From an uncultured Pirellulaceae bacterium (GTDB lineage: Bacteria > Planctomycetota > Planctomycetia > Pirellulales > Pirellulaceae): a DNA stretch of 27,196 nt. This document shows, one piece after another, positions 1-8,916 of this stretch. The notes under the pieces are model-generated. The model was not told the DNA's origin, made no database searches, and worked only from the letters and a program-made list of their open reading frames with translations. Each line of letters begins with the position of its first letter. Position 1 is the stretch's first letter. The position numbers and the translations under genes were made by a program. Location of the stretch: the NCBI GenBank assembly GCA_964645045.1, contig CAZXYZ010000009.1:1-27196 (forward strand), read 5' to 3'.

Positions 1-113
1 TGAACCACAAGGGTGGCACATCTTAGGTCCACTCCGGCCCGTGGGAATCCAGGCTCGTGACGCTTTCCCCGGTGTCCACGAAACTCACTTCGTCCGTCGA
101 CTTCACCGGGCAT

Positions 114-3100
114 TCACGAGGCACCGGGCCACCGTGCTGGGTTTGCCTGCAACACCCGTCTGTGCGCAATGGCAGAAACCGCCTCCTCCAACTCGTCCGC
201 GTCAAGCTCATAGCTCGTAGACTCGCCATGCGGCCGCCGTCCCGACTCCTTGGACGTGGTTGTTGAATCCCTCTGCATAGAGGCAGGCCATCTGACTCGC
301 GATCCAGGCGAGCGCCACTTGACTTCGGCAACGACGCCGGGCTCGAGCTTCAGCTTGTCGCCGTTGTCCGCCGTGTCGCCACCCGTTTCTGCTGGCCGTT
401 GGTTGCGGTGGAAAATGAAGCCAGACTCCCCCTCCCCGGCCGATGCCGACGAGATGAGCCCCGCTCCGCTCAAATTGAGATAATTGACCACGACTAGCAC
501 ATCGTTCGGGGTGATCTGACCGTCGCCGCTCGGATCCAAGTACGGTGGGGGACTCGGCGAGATAAGGGGAACGAGGCCCCGGGAACCGCTGGAGTTGATA
601 TCGTTGATCAGCGTCAGGACGTCGATGGGGCTGGTTTGACCGTCAGCATTGACATCGTAGGGGTGCAGTGGATTCTGCCAAATCGCAGCGGTCACCGTGA
701 TTGTTACCGTGACCGCGTTGGAATCCATCACCCCGTCGGTCGCCCGATAGCTGAACTGATCCAAACCTACATAGCCGCCTTGGGCCTGGTAGAGGAAGAA
801 CCCGTCGGGCTGCAGATCAAGGGTGCCGTGGCTTGGGCCGGCGAGCAAGACGGCCGAAATCGGCTGCCATTCCGGATCTAGATCGTTATTCAGGACGTCG
901 ATCACGACTGCCTCCCCGGGGGCGATCCGGACGTTGTCGGCGTTCGCGGTTGGCGGCTGGTTGACGTCCGGCCCGAGCTGCAAGCTCAGTTGGTACGGAG
1001 TCGCTCCCCAGACGCTCCCCTGGAGCGACAGGAAGTAGGTGCCCGCGTTCGGCAAGGCGACCGAGATGGGCCTCCCGAAGGGGGCGTGCGCGAGGGCCTC
1101 GAAATCCGCGTTCAAGAGGGTCTTCATTCCGCCGGAGCCGACCGGCAGATTGTCGGCAGCCGCGAACGTGTCGCCCGCCTTCGCGCTGAACGCGTACCAC
1201 TGCTCGTCATGCTGAGTGGCCAAGGTGCCCTGGAGCGTTTGAGGTTCAAAGACCGCCGCTTGGCCGTCGACGTCGATGGCCGTCAGGTCGTAGTACCCGC
1301 CGCTTGCTGGCGCGCCGATCAGCAGCGTGTACTCGCCGGAGGCGGGCAGATCGAGAACGGGGAAGCGGCGGTTGGCGAGTTGCCGGTGCAATTCTGTGCC
1401 GTCGGGGCCAAAGAGCGTTACGGTTGCAGTGCCTCGCCAATCGTTGCTGTTCAACAGTAGACGTTGGCCGGCCGTTCCTCCAAACACGAACCGATGGTGT
1501 TGTCCCGGCGACACGACGGCCGACACGCGGGAGCCCAGCGACAGCGGCTGCGAAACGACAGCATTCCGTGTTAGCTTGAACTCATAGTCGATCGGGCCAA
1601 CGCCGATGCCGCGGGCCACAAGGAAATAATCGCCGCCGGCCTGCAAATAGGCAGCGAGGCCGTCGTTTCCCGCGGCAATCACCGCTCCCCATGGATCGTA
1701 GAGCGTCCAAGCCGTACCGCTGTTGGGCACCCGGGTCGCGACCCGAATCTCTTCCCCCTGAGTGCCTGAATACCGGTACACGTTCAGTTTCCCCGGGATG
1801 CCGGCGAGCTGGTCGTCAAGGTACGTTTCCAGCGGCAACTCGGCTAGGCCGGTTACCTCGGTCAAGCGAAACGAGCGGGCTTCACCCCACCTCGTGATGG
1901 CCAGACGATACGCCCCCGTCTGTTCCAAACGCACCACCTGCTCGCTATTCCAGTGTCTTACTTGCCCATCCACGCCGACGAGGTCGACGCGGGCGGAATC
2001 CTGACCGAGCTTTTCAAAATAGAGCCATTGGCCTGCGGTCCCAGTGAACGTGAATTCATCGATCCCGGAGCGAGCGGTCGTGTCGGTGTAAGCCTGGCCG
2101 TAGACCAACGCTTGCGTTGGCGGCGAACTCGTCTCCAGCACGACTTCGAACCGCCGCACGCCCTGTTCGATCAGGGCTATGAGGTAATCTCCTGTTTGGG
2201 GCAAGTATACCCGTCGAACTCCGTATTCCAACTCGATGTGGTTTCCCTCGGCGTCGAAGAAGAGGAGACCGGTCCCGCCCGTGAACTCGATCGCTTCCCC
2301 GGCCGTGCCGGCATAGCTCAAGAGAAACAAACCGCGTTCGAGCTGCAAATCGAGTTCGACGGGCTGAGCCGGGGTCAAAGGCACGGCGTCGGCTACGTCG
2401 CGGAGCAAAACGCTGTACGGACGGCCAGAGTTAACGCCTTCCAATCGCAGCACGTAGCGGCCCGTTTGGTCCAACGCCAGCAGCCCGCCGCCGTCGGCCG
2501 AGCTTTTCACCGTGCGGGATCCGCCGCCGGGAGCGATCAACTCTCCCTGGCGGTACGCAGTGAGGTCGAGGAAGACCACTTGGCCGGCCGTACCCTGGAA
2601 CTCGAACTCGTCGAAGTCGGTCGCCGAACGCAGGTCCTCCAGCAGGCGGCCGATTTCAGCGACCTCGCGGAAGTGGAACTGATAGGCCCCGGTCCCGGCG
2701 TCCGCTGCACCGGTGATCGTTACGGTCTGCAGGCCGGACTCGGAAAAGGCGACCCGCTGCGGGACATGAGCGGGCCCCTGATGGAGCACGGCGCCGGTGG
2801 GCCCGCGGATTGTCACCACGAGGGCCTCGCCGGGGATGTTCGAGGGAACAAAGACCAGTTCCTGTCCGGCGGTTGCCTGGATCCGCCACAGATCCGATTG
2901 CCCCGGCGTCTGGATGGCCCCGGCGGCGGCCTGCGGGCCGGCCACCCGGACAAACAGGTCGTATGACGAGCGGTTGGGTCCAAGCGAAAGCGGCTGTCCG
3001 TCGGTGATCTCGACGGGAATGAAAAGATCATACGACCCCAATCGCCGCGGGTCAGGGCTCAGGGTGAGCCGACCATCCGGAGTGATCTCGGCCCCGGCGG

Positions 3101-6100
3101 GCGCGCCGTCCCCCAGATTGAAAATGACGCTCGCTCCCAGGTTGCGGTCCCGGCCCTCGAACTCCAGACGAAGCGTTTCGCCCACATCCAGAAAGGCGTC
3201 GTAATCCTGCGGAGGAAAGACGTAGGGGGGCGAGTTTTCGATCGTCATGGGTGACGGCGCATAGACCACCTGCGGCGCATTGTAACCATCGGTGATGGAG
3301 GCGTAGACCCAGTAGGTGCCGGGAGGTTCAATCGGAAGTGTCGCCGTGTAGATCCCGGCATACGGAAAGGCATACCCCCTGAAAGGGATGCCGTCGTTTC
3401 CACTTGAATCGGTATCGAGGAAGAAGTCGACCTGAAAAGGCGAGTCAGGATCGGAGGCCCGATAGAGAATCTTGTCATCATTCGTGTAGGGATCGACGAT
3501 CTGCTCGATGATCTCCAGGCTGGGCGGATGATTGGTGTTCAGGCGTCCCGCCGACACAGGTCCCAATCCGGTCACGTCCACCGGCCGGATCCTCCAGGCA
3601 CCCGTTGCCGGATTCCGGATGACCACGGTCTTCGAGGTTGCTGTGGCGAGCCGATCGATGAGGGCCATTTCGGGATCGGCACGGATCTGGGCCTCGCTGT
3701 AGACCGTGCCGTCCGGCGCGACCACTTCAATGGCTCGCGTCCCCATGTCGTTCGTCCACGAGACCCACAGCAACGCCTTGTCCGGGCTCGAGGAGACCAG
3801 GGTTCCCCCCTCGGCAGCCGATGCTTTGCTGTCTTGAAGTGCGGAATCGGCTTCTGGCTCCGGGGGGGGCTCTTCGTGGACTCCGTGGATGTTCCCCTGG
3901 AAGTCCAACCACAGGCCAAATTTCACCGTGAGTTCGGGCTGCTCGTCGTTGGGGATCTCGCCACCTACCCGGATGTAGTCATTGGTCGGATCGCCGTCGT
4001 TCACGTACTGGACGTTGACGGAGCCTTCGAATTGCTGCCCTTGGAATTCGGTGCCCTCGATCGTGGGCATCCGCAGCGCGCCGCTCCCTTCGATGACGAC
4101 GTCACCGTCGCCGTTGATGAAGAAGCGGCCCTCGACCGTCACCAGGTCACCCAACAAGGTGACCGTGCCGTTGCCCTTAAAGAAACGTTTCTCCCAGTTG
4201 AACTCCATCTCACCGCCGACTTTGATCAAGGCGGTCGGGTCTCCGTCGCCGATGGTGATGGCGGGAAAATACAGGGTCCCTTTGCCAGTGAGGTGATTCT
4301 CGTCTACCGTCGCGGTGACCTCGAACTGGTGGAGGGTGGCTTCGATTTGGCTGGCATCCGCCGGAGCACCGAGGGTCTCCCAGAGCCAATCGCCCAGGGC
4401 GCCGCCGGATTTGTCCAGAGTCGTTTTCGCCAAAGATTCGATGGTCACGCTACCGGTGAGCGACACGGGTTCCTCGTCGGAGCTGGCCAAGTGCTCCACT
4501 TTGCCGGTGGCCTCGGTGAGTTGGTAGCCGGTGCTGAAAATGGGAAGTCCGCCACCACCGGTCGCTTCCATCGAATCGAGTTCCCAGTTGACCATTCCGA
4601 GCGATCCCCCCAGTTCGACGCCAAGCGGGGTGCGCATCTTGCCTCCTCCCTTGGCTGTCCCTTCGCTGCTGTCGAACTCGAGGTACGCTTCTTCGAGCAC
4701 CCATTTGTCTTCGACAAACGTGATCGGACCGGCGGCAAGCCGCCCCTTCATGTCCCACTCGCCGGCCGAGTACTGGATGTAATTGTCACCGGTGAAATCG
4801 GCACTCAGACCGCCCCACTTGGGGATCGATGCATGGCCGTGAATTACGAACTTCTCCACCTCTTCCTCGTCCGCGGGAACGTAGCCGACCGACATGTCCT
4901 TGGCAATAAAATCCGGATCCTCGTCGCCGTCGAGCGAGATGGAAAAGTCCCGCAGGGGAATCTCGAAGCCGCTCATGGCAACTCCGCTGTCGCTGAGCAC
5001 CAGCCAATTGTCTCCGTCCAGCGGAAGCAGGCCGTCCCCGGCGGGCTGGGAGAGCAGTACCTTGCCTTGAAGCCCTACCTCCTCCTCGCCGAACCTCAGG
5101 CCGGTCACGTCCAGCGGGGATCCGGCGACGGCGTACTGGTTTCCGCCGCCAGGCTCCTCGAGCACGCGAGTGCTCGCTCCCTTGCCTTTCGGGATCCACA
5201 CCTCGCCGGTGAACAGTTGCGAGGTTCGGTTGCGTGCCGAGTCGAGCTGGTAAAACGTTCCCTCCAAATGCACCCACGCCCGCGAGTACCACGCCGATCC
5301 GACGAGTTCCACATCGGGTCGGAATGACCGGCCCGCGGCAGGCGCCAGACCAATCAGCAATCGGGCGGGATCGGGGTACGAAACGTGCGCATAAAGATCC
5401 CGTTCGGGCAGGTACTGTTCCCGAAAGCCACCCCCGAGCACGTCGATCTTCAGGGGCAAGACGTCGGCGACCGGGAGGGACGCGGTATTATTGCGGCGGT
5501 ATACCTCGTCCAGCGACTGCTGCCAGTCCATGACCATCAGGACGTGCGTGGCCTCTTGAGGCCGGCCATAACCGGCCGCGTAGTTAGCGCGGCCTTGATG
5601 CACGCCCGGCGACATCTCCTCCACCGTATTCAGCACATCCCGATGGAACGGCTTGTCGATTCCACCCAGGATATCCGTCACCTGATCTCCCGTCGCCCAG
5701 TAGAAGCCAATTTCCGCCCTGGGAAACGGCTCGCCGCTGACGGTGTAGGAGTAGTCGAGCGTGCCGTTTTCCTGACGGAACAACTCGCCCGCCGCCAGAT
5801 CGCGGAGGGAGATCTTGAATGTGCCCCAAGCGGGATAGGTAAAGGGCACTCCGCCCAGCTTGATTCCGGGGCTATCGAAGGTCGAGGCAAGCACAAGGTA
5901 CTGCGGCGAATTGGAGCCGGAAAAGACGAGCGTCTCTTCCTCTCTCACGCTCGCCAACGTCCCGCTGCGCGCGTTTCCGCCTCCCCAGGAAATCCCAAGG
6001 CCATTGAAGTCCAACGGATTCTGGTGAAATGGCCCTCCCAAGCGTCCGTAATTCGTGCCCGGTGAAGCAAAGCTGAGAGGGTTTGTGTCGAGCAGACTGA

Positions 6101-6551
6101 GGGAGAAGACGGAGGTGGAATCCGCATCCTGGCCGGCACCGTAGGGCGGAACGTACGAATTCCACGTGTACAATTCGTAGGTGACGTCGATGACGTACTG
6201 CTCTGCCGGTGGAAGTTCGGCATAGGCGAACCGGTCGCCCCATGGCTGGAAGGATGGCTTATCGAAATGCGGTTCCCCCAGGCTCACCTCGGTGCCCTCC
6301 ATGATCCCGTTGGGGAATTCCCAGCGTTCCTTGCCATCGACGAGAAAGTCGCCGTAAAAACCCTGCCACGACAGGGTCAGCATGGCGCGCGTTTCCAGAC
6401 ATTCCATCGTCAGGCGACGAAAACGGGATGTTCGCGCGGGGGGGCCTCCTGTTCTCCTTGACATGCTACGCCGCTTGGCCCCAGCCTGGCGCACGAGGCG
6501 TTTCCTGCGATAAGTTCCGGCTTGTTTGCCGACGAAACTTGCTCTGGACAT
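114..6551 (-). CDS. Giant secreted cell-surface protein (~2145 aa). It carries repeated PPC-like (pre-peptidase C-terminal) beta-sandwich modules, a cadherin/Ig-like domain and a C-terminal type I dockerin repeat pair. The N-terminus has the planctomycete 'RRLxxExLExRxML' secretion motif.
   Basis: Uninterrupted 6.4-kb ORF. Start chosen at the ATG at 6551 because GGAGGA lies 6 nt upstream (revcomp of 6554-6559); the longer 6689 start has no RBS. N-terminus reads MSRASF...RFRRLTMECLETRAMLTLS. Recurrent F.F.GTAGQ motifs (PPC-like) are present. The block VVIDVLNNDLDPE...TVTITVT is cadherin-like. Two dockerin-type segments sit at the C-terminus: YDVNADGQTSPIDVLTLINDIN and LDPSGDGQITPNDVLVVVNYLN. 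The antisense ORFs 3528-5327 and 1953-2966 are R/G/P-rich shadows. Confidence 0.85.
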   Translation of the reverse strand: MSRASFVGKQAGTYRRKRLVRQAGAKRRSMSRRTGGPPARTSRFRRLTMECLETRAMLTLSWQGFYGDFLVDGKERWEFPNGIMEGTEVSLGEPHFDKPSFQPWGDRFAYAELPPAEQYVIDVTYELYTWNSYVPPYGAGQDADSTSVFSLSLLDTNPLSFASPGTNYGRLGGPFHQNPLDFNGLGISWGGGNARSGTLASVREEETLVFSGSNSPQYLVLASTFDSPGIKLGGVPFTYPAWGTFKISLRDLAAGELFRQENGTLDYSYTVSGEPFPRAEIGFYWATGDQVTDILGGIDKPFHRDVLNTVEEMSPGVHQGRANYAAGYGRPQEATHVLMVMDWQQSLDEVYRRNNTASLPVADVLPLKIDVLGGGFREQYLPERDLYAHVSYPDPARLLIGLAPAAGRSFRPDVELVGSAWYSRAWVHLEGTFYQLDSARNRTSQLFTGEVWIPKGKGASTRVLEEPGGGNQYAVAGSPLDVTGLRFGEEEVGLQGKVLLSQPAGDGLLPLDGDNWLVLSDSGVAMSGFEIPLRDFSISLDGDEDPDFIAKDMSVGYVPADEEEVEKFVIHGHASIPKWGGLSADFTGDNYIQYSAGEWDMKGRLAAGPITFVEDKWVLEEAYLEFDSSEGTAKGGGKMRTPLGVELGGSLGMVNWELDSMEATGGGGLPIFSTGYQLTEATGKVEHLASSDEEPVSLTGSVTIESLAKTTLDKSGGALGDWLWETLGAPADASQIEATLHQFEVTATVDENHLTGKGTLYFPAITIGDGDPTALIKVGGEMEFNWEKRFFKGNGTVTLLGDLVTVEGRFFINGDGDVVIEGSGALRMPTIEGTEFQGQQFEGSVNVQYVNDGDPTNDYIRVGGEIPNDEQPELTVKFGLWLDFQGNIHGVHEEPPPEPEADSALQDSKASAAEGGTLVSSSPDKALLWVSWTNDMGTRAIEVVAPDGTVYSEAQIRADPEMALIDRLATATSKTVVIRNPATGAWRIRPVDVTGLGPVSAGRLNTNHPPSLEIIEQIVDPYTNDDKILYRASDPDSPFQVDFFLDTDSSGNDGIPFRGYAFPYAGIYTATLPIEPPGTYWVYASITDGYNAPQVVYAPSPMTIENSPPYVFPPQDYDAFLDVGETLRLEFEGRDRNLGASVIFNLGDGAPAGAEITPDGRLTLSPDPRRLGSYDLFIPVEITDGQPLSLGPNRSSYDLFVRVAGPQAAAGAIQTPGQSDLWRIQATAGQELVFVPSNIPGEALVVTIRGPTGAVLHQGPAHVPQRVAFSESGLQTVTITGAADAGTGAYQFHFREVAEIGRLLEDLRSATDFDEFEFQGTAGQVVFLDLTAYRQGELIAPGGGSRTVKSSADGGGLLALDQTGRYVLRLEGVNSGRPYSVLLRDVADAVPLTPAQPVELDLQLERGLFLLSYAGTAGEAIEFTGGTGLLFFDAEGNHIELEYGVRRVYLPQTGDYLIALIEQGVRRFEVVLETSSPPTQALVYGQAYTDTTARSGIDEFTFTGTAGQWLYFEKLGQDSARVDLVGVDGQVRHWNSEQVVRLEQTGAYRLAITRWGEARSFRLTEVTGLAELPLETYLDDQLAGIPGKLNVYRYSGTQGEEIRVATRVPNSGTAWTLYDPWGAVIAAGNDGLAAYLQAGGDYFLVARGIGVGPIDYEFKLTRNAVVSQPLSLGSRVSAVVSPGQHHRFVFGGTAGQRLLLNSNDWRGTATVTLFGPDGTELHRQLANRRFPVLDLPASGEYTLLIGAPASGGYYDLTAIDVDGQAAVFEPQTLQGTLATQHDEQWYAFSAKAGDTFAAADNLPVGSGGMKTLLNADFEALAHAPFGRPISVALPNAGTYFLSLQGSVWGATPYQLSLQLGPDVNQPPTANADNVRIAPGEAVVIDVLNNDLDPEWQPISAVLLAGPSHGTLDLQPDGFFLYQAQGGYVGLDQFSYRATDGVMDSNAVTVTITVTAAIWQNPLHPYDVNADGQTSPIDVLTLINDINSSGSRGLVPLISPSPPPYLDPSGDGQITPNDVLVVVNYLNLSGAGLISSASAGEGESGFIFHRNQRPAETGGDTADNGDKLKLEPGVVAEVKWRSPGSRVRWPASMQRDSTTTSKESGRRPHGESTSYELDADELEEAVSAIAHRRVLQANPARWPGAS

Positions 6552-6630
6552 ATCGGTCCTCCACCAAGGCGCTTGCGCCTTATCGATTAAGCCCCAATCG
6601 CTGTCCCGAGTAGAATGGTCAAGAGCGGAC

Positions 6631-6660
6631 AGTATAGGTGGCGTCATAATCCCTTTACAA
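6631..6660 (-). promoter_or_regulatory. Putative sigma70-like promoter for the giant surface-protein gene (TTGTAA-N18-TATACT on the minus strand).
   Basis: Revcomp of 6655-6660 is TTGTAA and revcomp of 6631-6636 is TATACT, with an 18-nt spacer. An AT-rich tract (6660-6690) lies upstream in this orientation. The motif is about 75 nt upstream of the ATG at 6551. Confidence 0.25.
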
Positions 6661-6737
6661 GCTAATTTTATCGGTTTTGGGTTTTTCATGCGGATGGTTG
6701 CAAATGGGGCCGGGTCCTGTCACATTCCGCATGCGGC

Positions 6738-7088
6738 TTGCCGCCGCCACCTGTGGAGACTTTGGAGCAAGCCGACAAGCGTCTGCAGGCAGCCGCCGAG
6801 CGGGCTTCGTCCTCGGCCGGGCAGCAAGCGGTCGGGCAGGAGTTGCTGTCGCTCGCGGACAAGGCCATTCTCGATTCGCAGATCGAAATGGCCAAGCGAG
6901 TCATTGAGCGCGCTTTGGCCGCAGCCCGGAAATCAGAATCGGATGATTTGGTGAAACAAGCCACGTTGGTGTGGAGCGAGTTGGAGCAGCCATTCACGGA
7001 TGAAGTGAAAGAACGAGCCCGTCAGCGCCTCCGCGAGCGGGACATTTCGCCGTCCGCGACTGCCGAAGAGCAAGGACAGAAACATTGA
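6738..7088 (+). CDS. Hypothetical small protein (116 aa; TTG start, no RBS found).
   Basis: The ORF has protein-like composition (ETLEQADKRLQAAAERA...IEMAKRVIERALAAARKSESDDLVKQATLVWSELEQ). The only in-frame start is TTG at 6738 with no SD, so the call is weak. It ends at a TGA that overlaps the first copy of the 14-nt motif array. Confidence 0.3.
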   Translation: MPPPPVETLEQADKRLQAAAERASSSAGQQAVGQELLSLADKAILDSQIEMAKRVIERALAAARKSESDDLVKQATLVWSELEQPFTDEVKERARQRLRERDISPSATAEEQGQKH

Positions 7089-7158
7089 TGACAAGAAAAT
7101 GTGGCTTGGGAACGTGGGATGCATGCCGTCTTTTTGTCATCAGTCTTTTTGTCATCAG
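7086..7158. repeat. Three copies of a 14-15 nt motif: TGATGACAAGAAAA (7086-7099) and, on the opposite strand, two tandem copies of TCTTTTTGTCATCAG (7129-7143, 7144-7158).
   Basis: Direct reading of the sequence. Revcomp of the first motif is TTTTCTTGTCATCA, which matches the tandem pair at 12 of 14 positions. The array is located at the left edge of the lower-GC TA islet. It resembles operator/iteron-type protein-binding sites. Confidence 0.45.
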
Positions 7159-7212
7159 AGACTGAATCAGGATGTCTGGGGTCACACGAGCCAAATAACA
7201 AGGAGACCACCC

Positions 7213-7683
7213 ATGCCGTTTAGCCGTCGCGGTGTTTTTGTGCGAATGGTGTTCCTGGCGTCATGCATCGCCACGGCAGGCGAATTGGCCGCTCAGCCGA
7301 AGACGCCCGTCCCGGACGCGCAGGCTCAGCAAACGGCCAAGAAGGCGGCGGGCGAGTTGTTTGCGGATCGTTTCACCCTGGCGTCAGACGGTTGGGATTG
7401 CCGCCGTAGAATGCTTGTCCGCACCACGAATGCCCAGGATTTCACCCAATACCAGCCGCCCAACCAATCCTGCGTCCCCGCTTGGAACTGTTCCGGGGGC
7501 ATCCCCGCTTCCGGGCTTGACCAGGTACTACGCCGGTGTATAGTTACGGGCATCCGTCGTCTCAGCAGTTGTTTCGGAAGCCCGGCGTATGGCGAAGAAG
7601 ATACTGCCTCCCGAAGCGCTGTTGGAGTTCTTCGAACTGGAGCCATTTGTGAGGCGGTGGAAGAAGTACGGTTTTCCCGATGA
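7213..7683 (+). pseudogene. Possible 5' remnant of a secreted-protein gene: a signal peptide plus about 60 protein-like residues that then degenerate into a low-quality ORF.
   Basis: AAGGAG lies 7 nt upstream of ATG 7213. The N-terminus MPFSRRGVFVRMVFLASCIATAGELAAQP is a plausible signal peptide. After about 60 aa the translation becomes C/R/S-rich with no recognisable fold, and it overlaps the higB start and its promoter. No continuation is found downstream of the TA islet. Confidence 0.2.
7517..7544 (+). promoter_or_regulatory. Sigma70-like promoter for higBA (TTGACC-N16-TATAGT).
   Basis: TTGACC lies at 7517-7522 and TATAGT at 7539-7544 with a 16-nt spacer, about 45 nt upstream of the higB ATG. 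Confidence 0.45.
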
Positions 7684-7984
7684 AGAGTTAGGAAATCTGG
7701 AAATCGAGATCATGGCTGGGCCGCAATCGCATCCTGTGATTCCGGGAACACGAGGGCTGCGCAAAATGCGGTATTCGCCCGCGTCATGGCCCAAGGGCAA
7801 GTCCGGTGCTTTGCGGGTATGCTATGTGTACTTCGAGCGCTGGCGTGCGGTCACGCTGCTGATCGTGTACTCCAAGAGCGAGATGGACGATATCCCGGAA
7901 AGTATGAAGCCGACACTGAACGCGGCAATCGACGATATCGAAACGCACTTGGAGAAGCTGTTTTCGCAGGGGGAGCGCAGATGA
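7589..7984 (+). CDS. higB: HigB-type toxin (Gp49/HigB family, RelE/ParE superfamily mRNA interferase).
   Basis: The core GTRGLRKMRY...GKSGALRVCYVYFERWRAVTLLIVYSKSEMDDIPES matches the HigB signature (Vibrio HigB has GTGGLRKIRV..GSRIIYYF...LLTIYGKNEMSDL). The gene is lower-GC than its surroundings. Its stop overlaps the next gene's start (ATGA), with toxin first, as in higBA operons. Confidence 0.85.
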   Translation: MAKKILPPEALLEFFELEPFVRRWKKYGFPDEELGNLEIEIMAGPQSHPVIPGTRGLRKMRYSPASWPKGKSGALRVCYVYFERWRAVTLLIVYSKSEMDDIPESMKPTLNAAIDDIETHLEKLFSQGERR

Positions 7985-8358
7985 CAAAGGCAAGCAAGAG
8001 CGGGCGTAAGGCATTGGTGGACGAGATGCTGGCTGGCTTACAGGCGTTCGCCCGCGATTTGAAGGAGTTGCCTGGCGAAGAGATCAAAGCGAAGTACCGT
8101 CAGCGTACGGTGGAAGTGGACTTTCGGCCTCGCGCCTTCGGGGCTGGGGACGTCAAGCAGCTGCGAGCTTCGATGGACTGCAGCCAGAGGGTCTTCGCGG
8201 ATTTCATTGGTGTTTCGCTCGGAACGCTGCGGAATTGGGAGCAGGGCATTCGCCCGGTCAGCGGCGTGGCGGCCCGCCTGCTCGACGAAATGCGCATCCG
8301 TCCGGGGTACTGGAAGATCCGTCTCCGCCAGTCCTTGAAGGAGCGAAAGGCGGGTTAA
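7981..8358 (+). CDS. higA: HigA-type antitoxin (XRE-family HTH).
   Basis: The C-terminal HTH segment SQRVFADFIGVSLGTLRNWEQGIRPVSGVAARLL is typical of HigA/XRE antitoxins. A GGGGGAG RBS precedes it. It is translationally coupled to higB by a 4-nt overlap. Confidence 0.85.
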   Translation: MTKASKSGRKALVDEMLAGLQAFARDLKELPGEEIKAKYRQRTVEVDFRPRAFGAGDVKQLRASMDCSQRVFADFIGVSLGTLRNWEQGIRPVSGVAARLLDEMRIRPGYWKIRLRQSLKERKAG

Positions 8359-8417
8359 GAGGACACCGGCGTCAGGTGATTCGCCCCCGTCATGTCTCCA
8401 CTGTCGAATCGGACAGT

Positions 8418-8519
8418 ATGAAGCTGTCGCCCACCCGCGCTGTTGCCTGGAAGCAGGGGAGCGGTGTCATCCGGCTGATCCACGGGCGGGAGGGCTTCTG
8501 CTATTTGTCAGCGATTTGA
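8418..8519 (+). CDS. Candidate 33-aa micro-ORF inside repeat copy A (MKLSPTRAVAWKQGSGVIRLIHGREGFCYLSAI).
   Basis: In this frame, 4 of the 5 substitutions between repeat copies A and B over the first 96 nt are synonymous, and T->I is the only replacement. This suggests purifying selection on this reading frame. Copy A has an ATG and a TGA stop. Copy B lacks the ATG (a TAA lies two codons upstream) and reads through the stop position. Confidence 0.25.
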   Translation: MKLSPTRAVAWKQGSGVIRLIHGREGFCYLSAI

Positions 8520-8622
8520 GGAGGTTTTCGCGGTGCGGTGGAAGCGGTCCGCGTCGCTCTGGAACAAGACGGCTGGTGGTCCTTGTCGGGCAAGGCAGCC
8601 GGTCGCCTGGAGGCGATGGCTG
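8421..8622 (+). repeat. Copy A of a 202-nt direct repeat, about 90% identical and indel-free relative to copy B at 9305-9506.
   Basis: Manual alignment gives about 20 substitutions and no indels over 202 nt. The repeat starts at AAGCTGTCGCCCA in both copies. The two copies bracket the brnTA module. Confidence 0.8.
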
Positions 8623-8670
8623 AAGAATCGGACGCCAATCAGGGAGGCGATTTCGGCGTGTGGCCGCGTG

Positions 8671-8916
8671 TCAGGTACGGCCGCGTGCCTTGTTCTTCCC
8701 GGGCATCGTTTGGATCAAAGCCCGCAGGACCTTGTTCACGGCATCGGGCGTAGTGAAGACTTCGGCCACGTCGGGGTCCAACGCGACGACTAAGCAAGTT
8801 GGGTCAACTCGAGACGCGAACCGGTTGGGCTTCGCTTTGCTGTAGTCGAACCGATACTCGGCTCGCAACTCGTCGCTCGTGCCGTCTGTTGCCTTACGAT
8901 CCTGTGCCTTCTTCAT
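8671..8916 (-). CDS. brnA: BrnA-type antitoxin (RHH/CopG-like).
   Basis: An 81-aa protein with the EYRFDYSKAKPNRFA motif characteristic of BrnA antitoxins. It overlaps the 3' end of brnT by 23 nt. Confidence 0.7.
   Translation of the reverse strand: MKKAQDRKATDGTSDELRAEYRFDYSKAKPNRFASRVDPTCLVVALDPDVAEVFTTPDAVNKVLRALIQTMPGKNKARGRT

Noticed and set aside
3528-5327. 599-aa plus-strand ORF inside the giant surface-protein gene
   Set aside because: It is antisense to a continuous 2145-aa domain-bearing ORF and has no motifs. It is a shadow ORF.
6552-6689. Extra 46 N-terminal codons of the giant protein (start at 6689)
   Set aside because: No RBS is present, whereas GGAGGA precedes the ATG at 6551. 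The extension lacks signal-peptide character.
7099-7212. Upstream part of the 194-aa ORF 7099-7683
   Set aside because: There is no RBS, it spans the motif array, and its composition is C/H/Q-rich nonsense. Only the internal 7213 start with AAGGAG is even weakly credible.
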